64,000 nt of DNA from the NCBI GenBank assembly GCA_012103315.1, contig WLWZ01000002.1, positions 71,381 through 135,380 on the forward strand, in the 5' to 3' direction. A program made the position numbers and the translations under genes. How positions within the stretch are numbered: the first letter of the stretch is position 1; each line of letters begins with the position of its first letter. Below, one piece after another: positions 18,708 to 28,634 of this stretch. Below the pieces are notes generated by a model. That model saw only the letters and a program-made list of their open reading frames with translations. It did no database searches and was not told where the DNA came from. The stretch is from Alphaproteobacteria bacterium (GTDB taxonomy: Bacteria; Pseudomonadota; Alphaproteobacteria; MPNO01; UBA2964).

Positions 18708-19646
18708 CTACCCCTCCTGAATAGCATCAGGCAAAAGTGATGCCCCCATGCCTTCGCCGAGGCTCCATTCAGCGAAGTTTTCTGGTGTTGAGTCCCATTC
18801 CTGTGGCTGCCAATTATCATCAACAACATCGGAATCAAAATCATACTCCGCAGCGCCACCGCACGGGTTTTTGAAATACCAGAAATAACAGGAGGAAACC
18901 GGGTGACGACCGGGGCCGATCATGGTCTCCCAGCCATTGCGGGTCATATTGTTACCACCGCCAAACAGTTCGTGGATCGACCCTAATTCAAATGCCAGGT
19001 GATGGAATCCCCGCTTACCCTGACCAGGATCGAGCAGAAACACGTTGTGATGGTTGTTGGCGTCGGCGCAGCGCACGAAATAGCCCCGCCCGGGATAGGA
19101 ATCCGTGAGTTTGAAGCCCAACACATCAACATAGAAATCTTTCTGAGTTTCCAGGTCATCGGTCATATAGACGATGTGCGACATGATCAGCGGCGACGCC
19201 TGATCAAATTTCTGACCGCGTTGATTGAGACGTTTTATATTGCCGGGCACGTTGGTCTCGACCGAAGGCGGCTTGATCGGTTCGCATTGTGCAACCCGAA
19301 AGGCAAACCCAAAACCTAACGGATCAGCCGCATGAATCACACCGTCTTTGTCCTCGACGACCTCGCCTAGGGCCGACAGGTTCGCTTTGAGAGTGGTAAG
19401 ATCATCTGTAGACCTGACACCGAACGTGACCTCACGAACGGTCGATTTGGTGTTCGTCGCCACCGGCGGCGGTAGGGTTGGGTCATCGGTCGGATAGATC
19501 TCAATCGTTGCGTTGTTTTGCGCCGCGAAGACAGCGTGGGAATTATCTTCCGAGACACTCGTCAGGCCGAAATCCCGCCAGAATTTTTTTGCCCCGTCGA
19601 GGTCTTCAACGCCATAGATGACTTTCTCAATACCAGTGTGATGCAT
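18708..19646 (-). CDS. Two-domain VOC-superfamily enzyme, type I extradiol dioxygenase-like
   Basis: Duplicated glyoxalase/extradiol modules (IEKVIYGVEDL..., MSHIVYMTDDL..., HHLAFE). Start set at the internal ATG 19646. Confidence 0.7.
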   Translation of the reverse strand: MHHTGIEKVIYGVEDLDGAKKFWRDFGLTSVSEDNSHAVFAAQNNATIEIYPTDDPTLPPPVATNTKSTVREVTFGVRSTDDLTTLKANLSALGEVVEDKDGVIHAADPLGFGFAFRVAQCEPIKPPSVETNVPGNIKRLNQRGQKFDQASPLIMSHIVYMTDDLETQKDFYVDVLGFKLTDSYPGRGYFVRCADANNHHNVFLLDPGQGKRGFHHLAFELGSIHELFGGGNNMTRNGWETMIGPGRHPVSSCYFWYFKNPCGGAAEYDFDSDVVDDNWQPQEWDSTPENFAEWSLGEGMGASLLPDAIQEG

Positions 19647-19706
19647 AGTCCTGTGTCCGATTGCCCTAATGGCAGACGCGTAATCTAACAGCATTCCCAA
19701 TCGCAC

Positions 19707-19739
19707 AAAAGAAAAGGCGCCCCCAATCGGGGACGCCTT
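19707..19739 (-). terminator. Intrinsic terminator downstream of the TRAP binding-protein gene
   Basis: The minus strand reads AAGGCGTCCCC-GATT-GGGGGCGCCTT followed by TTCTTTT. Confidence 0.7.
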
Positions 19740-19764
19740 ATAAATTAAGAAATTTTGCGGTTAG

Positions 19765-20745
19765 CTATTTCAGCATCAGCTTCCGCAGCTTGTTATAGAG
19801 CTCAGCCGACATTTTTGCCTTCGCCCCATCCCAGGTCGCCCCGTAGGTCGTTGCAAGATAGGCCTTGCCATATTTACCCTTGAGATCGATCTGCTTCACG
19901 CCAGCCGCCAAAACCTTGGCGTTGTCTTTGAGAACCAGCGCCCGATGATGCGGAATGCTGTCTTTCTCATATTTGATCGCTGCAGCTTCCAATGCATCCC
20001 GTTGAGCCTTAGGTAGTTTGTTAAACTTATCGAGATTGACGACGATAGTTGACGAGGTGCGCCACCAGCCGGGGCCAACCTTATATTTGATGAACTTGGC
20101 CCAGCCATAGCGCGCGACACCGCCTTCGGGCCATGCCAGCCCCTGAACAACACCGCGTTCTAGAGAGGTATACACATCGCCGGGTGAAATATTGACCGGA
20201 CGAGCACCCATTGCCTTCATCAGCGGATGATAGCCAGCCGTCGACCGCAGGGTCATGCCCTTAAGATTAAGCCCGGTTTTCTCACTCTTTTTGATATCGC
20301 CAGCAAGATAATGATGGAACTCGGTTGCCCCTTCCATGCCGTGCGCCAAAAGATGGCCATTCAGCCCCTTTGCCCAGCAATCCTGCAGGGCTTTCCAGCC
20401 ACCATTCTTGCGGAGGGTAGCCTGTCCAACGTTGGACAATGGGATGACCCGTGCACAAGGCACCAGACCCGCATAATAGACACTCGGGCCAAACATGATG
20501 TCGATAACGCCACGCTTCAGGGCCGCACCCTGTTTGCGGTTTGGAATGACTTCCGGGCCACCTTTATATTTGATGGTGATCCCGTTATTAGCCTTGGTGA
20601 CCGGATTCATAAAAGTGTCAAAATAGGTAACCGACTGATCATGCGTCTTGATCAAGCTGGTCGTGGAGGTCAGGTCCACAGCCAGCACAGGTGCTGCTAC
20701 GAGAAATGCCGCAGCGGCCGCGCTCGAAAAAAGTCTTGTCTTCAT
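19765..20745 (-). CDS. TRAP-transporter substrate-binding protein (DctP family), orphan
   Basis: Signal peptide, then DctP-like segments (IKYKGGPEVIP...Q..ALKRGVIDIM; LRST....PLMKAMGA.PV.IS..DVYTSLERGVVQG). ATG at 20745 with AGGGAG upstream. No DctQ/DctM genes are adjacent. Confidence 0.75.
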   Translation of the reverse strand: MKTRLFSSAAAAAFLVAAPVLAVDLTSTTSLIKTHDQSVTYFDTFMNPVTKANNGITIKYKGGPEVIPNRKQGAALKRGVIDIMFGPSVYYAGLVPCARVIPLSNVGQATLRKNGGWKALQDCWAKGLNGHLLAHGMEGATEFHHYLAGDIKKSEKTGLNLKGMTLRSTAGYHPLMKAMGARPVNISPGDVYTSLERGVVQGLAWPEGGVARYGWAKFIKYKVGPGWWRTSSTIVVNLDKFNKLPKAQRDALEAAAIKYEKDSIPHHRALVLKDNAKVLAAGVKQIDLKGKYGKAYLATTYGATWDGAKAKMSAELYNKLRKLMLK

Positions 20746-20966
20746 ATGAGGAACTCCCTGGTTAGTAGATTGGTCGATTGATTTTATTGCCGAGAAATAC
20801 GGATTTCTAAAAACCACACCGACGGTAGGTTTTTAAAGGATAGGGAGTCAAGGAAGGACTCTCTATTAGCGTCGACAACAAATCGGCGACACGATACCGC
20901 AGATGGCGGCGCAGCGCGTTCCTGCTAGAATAACAAAAGCAATTCACACTAGCGAACGAGCAACAG

Positions 20967-21914
20967 ATGAAATCCGCCCTTGTGACAGGTGCCTATGGTT
21001 ATCTCGGCCGATACGTATCGCGGGCGTTGGCGCGCGAGGACATCAAGGTCATTGGGCTTGGCCACGGAAGCTGGGGCCAGAACGAACAATCCGACTGGGG
21101 CGTCACCGATTGGCACCAAGCCAACGTTACGCTAGAGGCGCTATCGACGCTGGAGGGTAACATAGACGCCGTATTCCATTGTGCTGGCCCAAGCCGTCAT
21201 AGCGAGTCGATGACCAAGCCTTATGAGGATTATCAAGGCTCTGTCGCAACGACGATCGCGGTCCTCGAATTTATCAGACGACACCGGCCGGAGGCCGCTT
21301 TAGTCCTGCCATCCAGCGCTGCGGTTTATGGCGTTGCCACAGAACAACCTATTAAGGTGACCTGTCCCTATTCACCCCTGTCACCCTATGGCGTTCACAA
21401 AATCATTGCCGAAGACCTCTGTCGATCTTATGGCAAGTATTTTGGCGTTCGTAGTGCCATCGTCCGTCTGTTCTCGATTTACGGGATCGGACTGCGCAAG
21501 CAGCTCTGGTGGGATAGCTGTGTAAAATTCAGCAATGGTGTTGAAGAGTTTATCGGCACCGGCAATGAGACACGTGACTGGCTAAGCGTCGAAGATGCCG
21601 CCACGCTTATGATTCGCGGTGCGGAACATGCAGATAAAAACTGCCCAATAGCCAATGGTGGCGTCGGTGAAGCGTCCTCGATACGGGAAGTCGTCACCAT
21701 CATTGCCGAAGCGTTGGGTCATTCAACCGATATCAAGTTTGACGGTACGACTCGCGCCGGCGATCCCACAGATTTCAAGGCGGATATCAGTGAGGCGTTG
21801 GCTTGGGGCTGGAAACCAGACCATAATTGGCAAGACGGTGTGCGCGAGTTTGCGCAATGGTACGCCGACGGCGCGCCCAAATCGTCATGGCTGTTGATCT
21901 ATCGAAGCCGATGA
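20967..21914 (+). CDS. NAD-dependent epimerase/dehydratase/reductase (extended SDR)
   Basis: N-terminal GxxGxxG (VTGAYGYLG) and YxxxK (SPYGVHK). Confidence 0.85.
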   Translation: MKSALVTGAYGYLGRYVSRALAREDIKVIGLGHGSWGQNEQSDWGVTDWHQANVTLEALSTLEGNIDAVFHCAGPSRHSESMTKPYEDYQGSVATTIAVLEFIRRHRPEAALVLPSSAAVYGVATEQPIKVTCPYSPLSPYGVHKIIAEDLCRSYGKYFGVRSAIVRLFSIYGIGLRKQLWWDSCVKFSNGVEEFIGTGNETRDWLSVEDAATLMIRGAEHADKNCPIANGGVGEASSIREVVTIIAEALGHSTDIKFDGTTRAGDPTDFKADISEALAWGWKPDHNWQDGVREFAQWYADGAPKSSWLLIYRSR

Positions 21915-23971
21915 GCCTGCATCAACAGGGCCACCTTGCCGAAGCAATTGCGCTCTATGAAACTGCTCTGAAACAAGAGCCAAAGAATCCTGATGTCCTA
22001 TATCTAACGGGGCTTTGCCGCCTGCAAATGGGCGATATGGCTCGCGGCGCACAGCATATGCGGGCCCTCATTAAACACCAGCCGCGAAATGCCGCCGCGC
22101 AGCATGCGCTTGGCAAGGCATTGCTGGAATTGGGAAAAGCTAAGCTCGGGCGACAACATTTGGAACAGGCGCTGACGATCAACCCTGCATCACATGACAG
22201 TCGGATTGAGCTGGCAGAACTCGCCCTCGCCGCCAGCGACGCGCAACATGCTGAAAAGCTATACCAAGACGGCCTCAAGTTAGATCCCACGCAAGCGGAA
22301 CTTTGGAACAATTACGGCACGGTTTCTCGAATACTTGGACGACTGGAAGAAGCCGAACAGGCCTGGGTAAAAACCATATCGCTCGCACCGAACCTAACGG
22401 AAGCATATTGCAATATCGCCACATTGAAAGTTCGTGTCGGTCGCTTCTCAGAGGGGATTAGTTATCTGCAGACCGGCCTCGACAGAATGCCGGAAGACCC
22501 CGATCTTAATTTCTACCACGGCGAGCTGTTGTTCTTTGCCGGGAAGTACGCGGATTCCACCGAAGCGCTAGAGAAGGCGACTTCGCTGCGTAAAGACTTT
22601 CGCAATGCCGAAATGCGGCTCGCACAAGCGCGGCAATATCTTTGCGATTGGGATGGGCTTGAGGTGCTGATGCCGGCAATTCGATCAGAAATTAACAAAG
22701 CGGTTGCGGGGAAACCGTGCCTGATCTCACCTTTTTTTGCCCTTACACTTCCAACAACCGGTGCCGAACAAAAAGCCGTTGCGAGCGCCGAGTATAAGAA
22801 ACGCGACGCCATCATTGACGCGCAGCGTGCAGGTCGGAGTTTCTCTTATGCCGAAACAGACAATGAGCGTTTACATATTGGCTATCTATCATCCGACTGG
22901 CGCGATCATCCGATGGCCCACCAAACCTGTGGCCTGTTCCGGCATCATGACCGCTCTCGATTTGAAGTAACGGTACTATCCTATGGCCCCGATGACGGCA
23001 GCGCGTATTTGCAGCGTATTCGTGACGGCGCGGAGAATTTTGTCGATTTACAGGCGCTGGATGATCGCAGCGCCGCGCGTAAAATCAACGAACTTGGCAT
23101 TGAAATTCTACTCGACGGTCAGGGTTTCATGGGAAATTCTCGGCCCGGCATCGTCCTCATGCGGCCAGCGCCAATTCAGATTTCGTTCCTCAACTATCTC
23201 GGCAGCATGGCCACGCCGGCGCTCGATTATATGCTGGTCGATGACGTCATGGTGCCACCCGAGTATAGAGACGACTACACAGAAGCCCTTATCTATGCGC
23301 CGCATTGTTATCATGTAAATGATGACGAAGCACCGCGCCGGGAACCGCAAACACGCGCTGACGAAGGCCTGCCAGAGGATGCGGTGGTGTATTGTGCCCT
23401 GCATGGTGGTCAGAAAATTACCCGCGATATCTTCACCGCCTGGCTGCGCGTTCTGGATAAGGTTCCCAATTCGGTATTGTGGCTAGCCGGCGGCGCACCA
23501 CTTCAAACGCGATTCCACGCCGCCGCCAAGGATGCGGGTGTGGACGAAACGCGGCTGGTTTTTGCACGCCGAGTTCCCGATAAAGAGGACCATGTCGCTC
23601 GGCTCGCCTTGGCGGATCTCTATTTGGACACACCTTTATATGGTGCATGCTCGTCAGCAGTCGATTGCCTGTGGGTTGGCCTCCCCATTTTGACCAATCC
23701 GGGAAAGGTGTTTTCTTCCCGCGGTTCCGCGACGCTGCTCTCCACGATGGGCGTAACCGACCTGATCGTCGATTCTGATGATGCGTATGAACAAACCGCC
23801 ATTGCCCTTGGTCGGGACCCGGCAAAACTTCAGAAATTACGCGACAAAGTCATCAACGCGCGCGGTGAGCTGTTTGATACCGCTCGCTGGGTCCGTGAAA
23901 TGGAACGCGCTTACGAAGAAATCTGGGCCCGGTATCGCAATGGCCAACCGCCTGCAGATATCAGCGCCTAA
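21887..23971 (+). CDS. TPR-repeat protein fused to a SPINDLY/OGT-type (GT41-like) glycosyltransferase domain
   Basis: About 300 aa of TPR repeats, followed by the architecture typical of 'predicted O-linked GlcNAc transferase, SPINDLY family' proteins (...IGYLSSDWRDHPM..., ...VYCALHGGQKI..., ...LADLYLDTPLYGA.SSAVD.LW.G.P.LT). The start is uncertain: ATG 21887, or ATG 21911 which overlaps the upstream stop. Confidence 0.8.
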   Translation: MAVDLSKPMSLHQQGHLAEAIALYETALKQEPKNPDVLYLTGLCRLQMGDMARGAQHMRALIKHQPRNAAAQHALGKALLELGKAKLGRQHLEQALTINPASHDSRIELAELALAASDAQHAEKLYQDGLKLDPTQAELWNNYGTVSRILGRLEEAEQAWVKTISLAPNLTEAYCNIATLKVRVGRFSEGISYLQTGLDRMPEDPDLNFYHGELLFFAGKYADSTEALEKATSLRKDFRNAEMRLAQARQYLCDWDGLEVLMPAIRSEINKAVAGKPCLISPFFALTLPTTGAEQKAVASAEYKKRDAIIDAQRAGRSFSYAETDNERLHIGYLSSDWRDHPMAHQTCGLFRHHDRSRFEVTVLSYGPDDGSAYLQRIRDGAENFVDLQALDDRSAARKINELGIEILLDGQGFMGNSRPGIVLMRPAPIQISFLNYLGSMATPALDYMLVDDVMVPPEYRDDYTEALIYAPHCYHVNDDEAPRREPQTRADEGLPEDAVVYCALHGGQKITRDIFTAWLRVLDKVPNSVLWLAGGAPLQTRFHAAAKDAGVDETRLVFARRVPDKEDHVARLALADLYLDTPLYGACSSAVDCLWVGLPILTNPGKVFSSRGSATLLSTMGVTDLIVDSDDAYEQTAIALGRDPAKLQKLRDKVINARGELFDTARWVREMERAYEEIWARYRNGQPPADISA

Positions 23972-24969
23972 GCGTCGTCGGTCGTCGAGATAATAACACA
24001 GCCTTCGGTCTCGAACCGGAAAGGTACTTCTTCCACTGGTGCCAGAGCGTCACGCACATTTTCCTGATTTTCTTCGGGCACATAGAACAGCATAAATCCC
24101 GATGCCCCTGCGCCAAGCAATTTTCCACCGGTGGCACCGCTCACCATCGCCTTCTCATAAATCTCATCAACCGAGAGGGTACTGATCGAACCGCTTAGGG
24201 AGCGTTTAAGCTGCCAAGTCTCGTTGAGCAGCGCACCGAAATCGTCCAGTGACCCATCACCCCGAAGTATGCCAACGCTGTCATCCACCATCGCGTGGAT
24301 ACGGCGCAGCGCATCTTTGCGGTTGTCAAAATTCGCGATTACCTGACCCGCAATTTCGGAAGCAAACCGGCGCGTCCCAACAAAAAACAGCATCAACCGG
24401 TTTTCGAGCTCCGTACTGCGTGGCTCAGATAACTCGACCGGTTCAACGTCGATGGCGCCACCAGGATTAAAGCGGATCAAGTTCAAGCCGCCACATGCTG
24501 TGGCCACTTGATCCTGACAGCCGACATTTTCCTTCAGCAGCTCTCTCTCAAGATGAATAGCTTTGTGAAACAAGTTTTTCTGGTCAATTGATTCACCCTT
24601 TAACGCGCCGAGCGCCAAAACCAAACCATTGGCGAAGGCTGAGCTCGACCCCATGCCAGCGCGCGCTGGCAGATCACCGTGATGATGAATTTCCACCCCG
24701 CGCTCATCTTCAAACTCCATATAGCTGAGACCTTCTCGCACGGCGGGATGCAGGATCTCGGAAATATGGGAAACATTTTCGATGTGGGACCAAACGATAC
24801 GGTAGGTATCGGCGAAGAATTGCGGCGTATAACGGCAGGTGAGATAACAATACTTATTAATCGACGTCGACAATACCGCGCCGCCATTATCCAAATACCA
24901 TTCTGGGTAATCCGTGCCGCCGCCAAAAAACGAAATTCGAAACGGCGTCCGGGAAATTAAAATACTCAT
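23968..24969 (-). CDS. GHMP-family sugar kinase, D-glycero-D-manno-heptose 7-phosphate kinase (HddA)-like
   Basis: The N-terminus ISRTPFRISFFGGGTDYPEWY and the GHMP motif GDLPARAGMGSSSA are characteristic of this kinase subfamily. Start set at ATG 24969. Confidence 0.75.
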   Translation of the reverse strand: MSILISRTPFRISFFGGGTDYPEWYLDNGGAVLSTSINKYCYLTCRYTPQFFADTYRIVWSHIENVSHISEILHPAVREGLSYMEFEDERGVEIHHHGDLPARAGMGSSSAFANGLVLALGALKGESIDQKNLFHKAIHLERELLKENVGCQDQVATACGGLNLIRFNPGGAIDVEPVELSEPRSTELENRLMLFFVGTRRFASEIAGQVIANFDNRKDALRRIHAMVDDSVGILRGDGSLDDFGALLNETWQLKRSLSGSISTLSVDEIYEKAMVSGATGGKLLGAGASGFMLFYVPEENQENVRDALAPVEEVPFRFETEGCVIISTTDDA

Positions 24970-25130
24970 CTGATTGTCAGGTCCAACAAACCGCGTGATC
25001 TCCCAGGAAGGACCTAAAGTCGCTCCGGCAATGGTTAAGTTTATCCAGCAACATTGTTTTCGTCCACAACACATGCGGCACCGTCAAGTGTTTGGCAGGG
25101 TTGTAACGACCTGATAGCTTTGAATTATAG

Positions 25131-25907
25131 GTGGGGTCTCTCACATTATTTCGGCAGAGCTGGTTACGATCCGTGACGTTTCAGAGTAAAAACCTAACGG
25201 CTTTCATCCTTGCGGGTGGCATGGGGACGCGCCTGCAACCCGTCATCGATGACCGTCCCAAGTCGCTCGCCGACATTAATGGTCGGCCCTTCTTATATTA
25301 TCAGTTCGAATATTTGCGGCGCAGCGGCATCACCTCAGTGGTTCTTTGCACCGGCTATATGGCTGATGCGATTGAGCAGGCGATGGGCGCTGAGCATCGC
25401 GGCATGTCCATTCACTATTCGCGCGAAGACACGCCACTTGGCACCGGTGGGGCTATTCGCAATGCCCTGCCCCTAGCCGACAGCGACCCGGTTCTCGTGG
25501 TCAATGGCGACACGTTGGTCGATACAGAGCTGAAGGTCTTTATAGAACAGTCAGCGCACCATTCTGCAGCTGCTTCGCTACTGCTCCTGCCGGTGACGGA
25601 TGCGTCGCGCTTTGGGTCGGTGGAGATTAATGACAATGAACATATCACGGCATTTCGCGAGAAAGACGAAACCACAGCGGCAAATGGCTGGGTCAATGCG
25701 GGTCTCTATATACTGACACAAGACTTTATCGCATCGATTCCCGGTGACCGGCCGGTCTCAATCGAACGGGAAATCTTCCCAGCCCGAACCGAAAACGGTC
25801 TCTATGGATTTCAAGCCGAGGGGTCGTTTATCGATATTGGAACGCCGGAAAGCTATCGTCGGGCCGAACCGTTCCTAAAGCGCCTCGAGCGACAACAAGA
25901 TGACTAA
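25131..25907 (+). CDS. Sugar-1-phosphate nucleotidyltransferase (HddC/GDP-heptose or GDP-mannose pyrophosphorylase-like)
   Basis: ILAGGMGTRLQP...PK.L..I.G.PFL motif of the NTP_transferase family. The start is uncertain (GTG 25131 or GTG 25173). Confidence 0.8.
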   Translation: MGSLTLFRQSWLRSVTFQSKNLTAFILAGGMGTRLQPVIDDRPKSLADINGRPFLYYQFEYLRRSGITSVVLCTGYMADAIEQAMGAEHRGMSIHYSREDTPLGTGGAIRNALPLADSDPVLVVNGDTLVDTELKVFIEQSAHHSAAASLLLLPVTDASRFGSVEINDNEHITAFREKDETTAANGWVNAGLYILTQDFIASIPGDRPVSIEREIFPARTENGLYGFQAEGSFIDIGTPESYRRAEPFLKRLERQQDD

Positions 25908-25979
25908 ATCATTCCATTGAACCAATACGCAAATATAGCGTAACTTTGCGACAGGATTTCTTTCAAAAAATAAAAGCGT

Positions 25980-26996
25980 ATGGCAGCAAAACGGGCACTC
26001 ATTACAGGCATTACCGGCATGGTGGGCTCCCATCTCGCGGATTACCTGCTGGAAAACACAGATTGGGAGATTTACGGGCTTTGCCGCTGGCGTAGCCCGC
26101 TCAACAATCTGCAGCATCTCGTACCGCGGATGAACACCAAAGACCGCCTGCATCTGGTATATGGCGAACTTAGAGACCTGATCTCGCTCAATGATGTCGT
26201 CAAAGAATCGCGCCCGGATTATGTGTTTCACCTCGCAGCGCAGAGCTATCCGACGACCAGCTTCTCTTCACCGCTCGATACATTCGATACCAATATTCAG
26301 GGCACGACGCGTCTGCTCGATGCGCTACTGAAGTGCGATAACATCGATCCCCTCGTGCATGTCTGTTCGTCTTCAGAAGTCTTTGGGCGGGTCAGCGCCG
26401 AAAATCTTCCGATTGATGAGGAAAATAATTTTCATCCCGCGTCGCCCTATGCGATTTCAAAAGTCGGTACCGATCTGGTCGGAAGATATTACGCCGAGGC
26501 CTATGACATGAAGGTCATGGTGACACGAATGTTCACCCATACCGGGCCGCGGCGTGGCGATGTGTTTGCCGAATCCACCTTCGCTAAACAGATTGCGATG
26601 ATTGAGGCAGAACAAATTCCACCGGTCGTTAAAACCGGCAATCTTAATTCGATGCGTACCTGGTCAGATGTCCGCGACGCAGTGCGCGCCTATTACATGT
26701 TGCTCACTGTCAATCCAATCCCCGGCGAATACTACAATATCGGCGGCACCTATTCGTGCACGGTCGGCGATATGCTGCAGCATCTGTTGTCGCTCTCAAC
26801 CCGCAAGGATATCGAGGTTCAGACCGAGCAGGGACGGATCCGCCCGATCGATGCTGACCTACAGGTGCCGGATACCACCAAATTCCAGACCCATACCGGA
26901 TGGCAACCGGAAATCCCGTTCGAGCAGACCATGCAGAATTTGCTCGATTACTGGCGTGAACAGATTGCCAACGGCGAAAAATTCACAACGCGATAA
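25980..26996 (+). CDS. GDP-sugar 4,6-dehydratase/4-reductase family SDR (Gmd/Rmd/DmhA-like)
   Basis: ITGITGMVGSHL, SPYAISK and FTHTGPRRG..F..S.FAKQIA motifs typical of the GDP-mannose 4,6-dehydratase clade. Confidence 0.8.
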   Translation: MAAKRALITGITGMVGSHLADYLLENTDWEIYGLCRWRSPLNNLQHLVPRMNTKDRLHLVYGELRDLISLNDVVKESRPDYVFHLAAQSYPTTSFSSPLDTFDTNIQGTTRLLDALLKCDNIDPLVHVCSSSEVFGRVSAENLPIDEENNFHPASPYAISKVGTDLVGRYYAEAYDMKVMVTRMFTHTGPRRGDVFAESTFAKQIAMIEAEQIPPVVKTGNLNSMRTWSDVRDAVRAYYMLLTVNPIPGEYYNIGGTYSCTVGDMLQHLLSLSTRKDIEVQTEQGRIRPIDADLQVPDTTKFQTHTGWQPEIPFEQTMQNLLDYWREQIANGEKFTTR

Positions 26997-27028
26997 CCGA
27001 TTTAAAGCGCCCGCAAAGGCCTATCCGG

Positions 27029-28390
27029 TCAGAAGGGATTGTTTTCTGACTTTCCTCGCGTATCGAAGAACTCCTTGGTGATCTTGAACACAATCGGACT
27101 GAGGAGAGCGAGCGCAATTAGGTTTGGAACTGCCATCAAGGCGTTCAACGTATCCGCCAGCAGCCAGACAAAACCGAGCTTTAGCGTCGCCCCCACATAC
27201 GCCGCCAGAGACCAGACCACCCGGAAAGGCATAATAACTTTAATGCCGAACAGATAGGCAAGAGACCGCTCGCAATAGTAACTCCAGCCAAGGATCGTGG
27301 TGAAGGCGAACACCGATAGGGAGGCCGCGATAATGTAACCACCGGCACCCGGCAAGGCCATTTCAAACGCCTTGGATGTTAGCGCAGCGCCCGTCTCTCC
27401 GCTTGTCCAAGCGCCGGTCACAAGGATCGCGAGCGCTGTGAACGAGCACACGATAATGGTATCGATGAAGGTACCCAGCATGGCAACGAGGCCTTGGCTG
27501 ACGGGACCTTTACACTGTGCTGCAGCATGTGCGATTGGCGCCGACCCTAGACCAGCTTCGTTGGAGAAAACACCGCGTGCCACGCCAAAGCGAATGGCTG
27601 CCCAAACGGCCGCACCGGCAAAGCCGCCGGTTGCGGCAGTCGGCGTGAAGGCATGGGTGAAGATTAAGGAGAAAGCACCGGGGATTGCCTCAACGTTCAG
27701 CGCTAAGACCAATATTCCAGCGGCCATGTAAGCGATCGCCATAATCGGTACGAGCTTGCCCGCCACAGAAGCGATACGTCCGATGCCACCGATCAGAACG
27801 GCGCCCACCAGGACAACCAGAACGACCCCGGTCAGCCATTCGGGAATGGCGAAGTTAGCATTCAAGGCATTGGCGATGGAGTTCGCCTGGACCATATTGC
27901 CGATGCCGAAACCGGCGATACTAGCGAACAGAGCAAAGGCGATAGCCATCCAGTTCCACTTCGCGCCGAGGCCATTTTTGATGTAATACATAGGCCCGCC
28001 GACCCGCTTACCATTCTCATCCTCTTCACGATAATGGACGGCGAGGACGGCTTCAGCGAACTTCGTTGCCATGCCGACCAGGGCGGTCATCCACATCCAG
28101 AAGATAGCACCTGGACCGCCCAGGAAGATGGCTGTCGCAACGCCAGCAATATTACCGGTGCCGATTGTCGCAGCCAGTGATGTCATCAGCGCATTAAAAG
28201 GGCTGATGTCGCCATCGCCGCCCGGGATACGCCCCTGCCACAAGAGTTTGAAGCCAAGTGGTATTTTCAAGATCGTCAGGAATTTTAGCCCAACCGTCAG
28301 GAATAGCCCGACACCCAGGATCAAAACCAACATTGGCACGCCCCACACAATACCGTTGAGCCAATTTACACTACCAGTGATGACGTCCAT
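27029..28390 (-). CDS. Alanine/glycine:cation symporter (AGCS family)
   Basis: Polytopic protein with AGCS-typical segments (FNALMTSLAATIGTGNIAGVATAI..GGPGAIFWMW; SNEAGLGSAPIAHAAA). Confidence 0.9.
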   Translation of the reverse strand: MDVITGSVNWLNGIVWGVPMLVLILGVGLFLTVGLKFLTILKIPLGFKLLWQGRIPGGDGDISPFNALMTSLAATIGTGNIAGVATAIFLGGPGAIFWMWMTALVGMATKFAEAVLAVHYREEDENGKRVGGPMYYIKNGLGAKWNWMAIAFALFASIAGFGIGNMVQANSIANALNANFAIPEWLTGVVLVVLVGAVLIGGIGRIASVAGKLVPIMAIAYMAAGILVLALNVEAIPGAFSLIFTHAFTPTAATGGFAGAAVWAAIRFGVARGVFSNEAGLGSAPIAHAAAQCKGPVSQGLVAMLGTFIDTIIVCSFTALAILVTGAWTSGETGAALTSKAFEMALPGAGGYIIAASLSVFAFTTILGWSYYCERSLAYLFGIKVIMPFRVVWSLAAYVGATLKLGFVWLLADTLNALMAVPNLIALALLSPIVFKITKEFFDTRGKSENNPF

Positions 28391-28634
28391 GTGTTCCCCC
28401 CTCGGAAAATAGTTAGTCGTTCGGCGTGTTCTGCCACGCTGTACCTTATTTTAGACCATAGTAGCTCGATCAAGCCAAGGCATCAGCAAGTTTCGGTTCC
28501 ATATCAGCTGATAGCCAAAGCCGGACTCTCGCAAACAACGAGGTCGATGCTCGTCGGACTAATGGGGTTAGTCGAGCGGCCTATCGTTGGCGTAACAGAT
28601 CAAACACCGCCAAATTTGTTTTCATGTAAACCAG

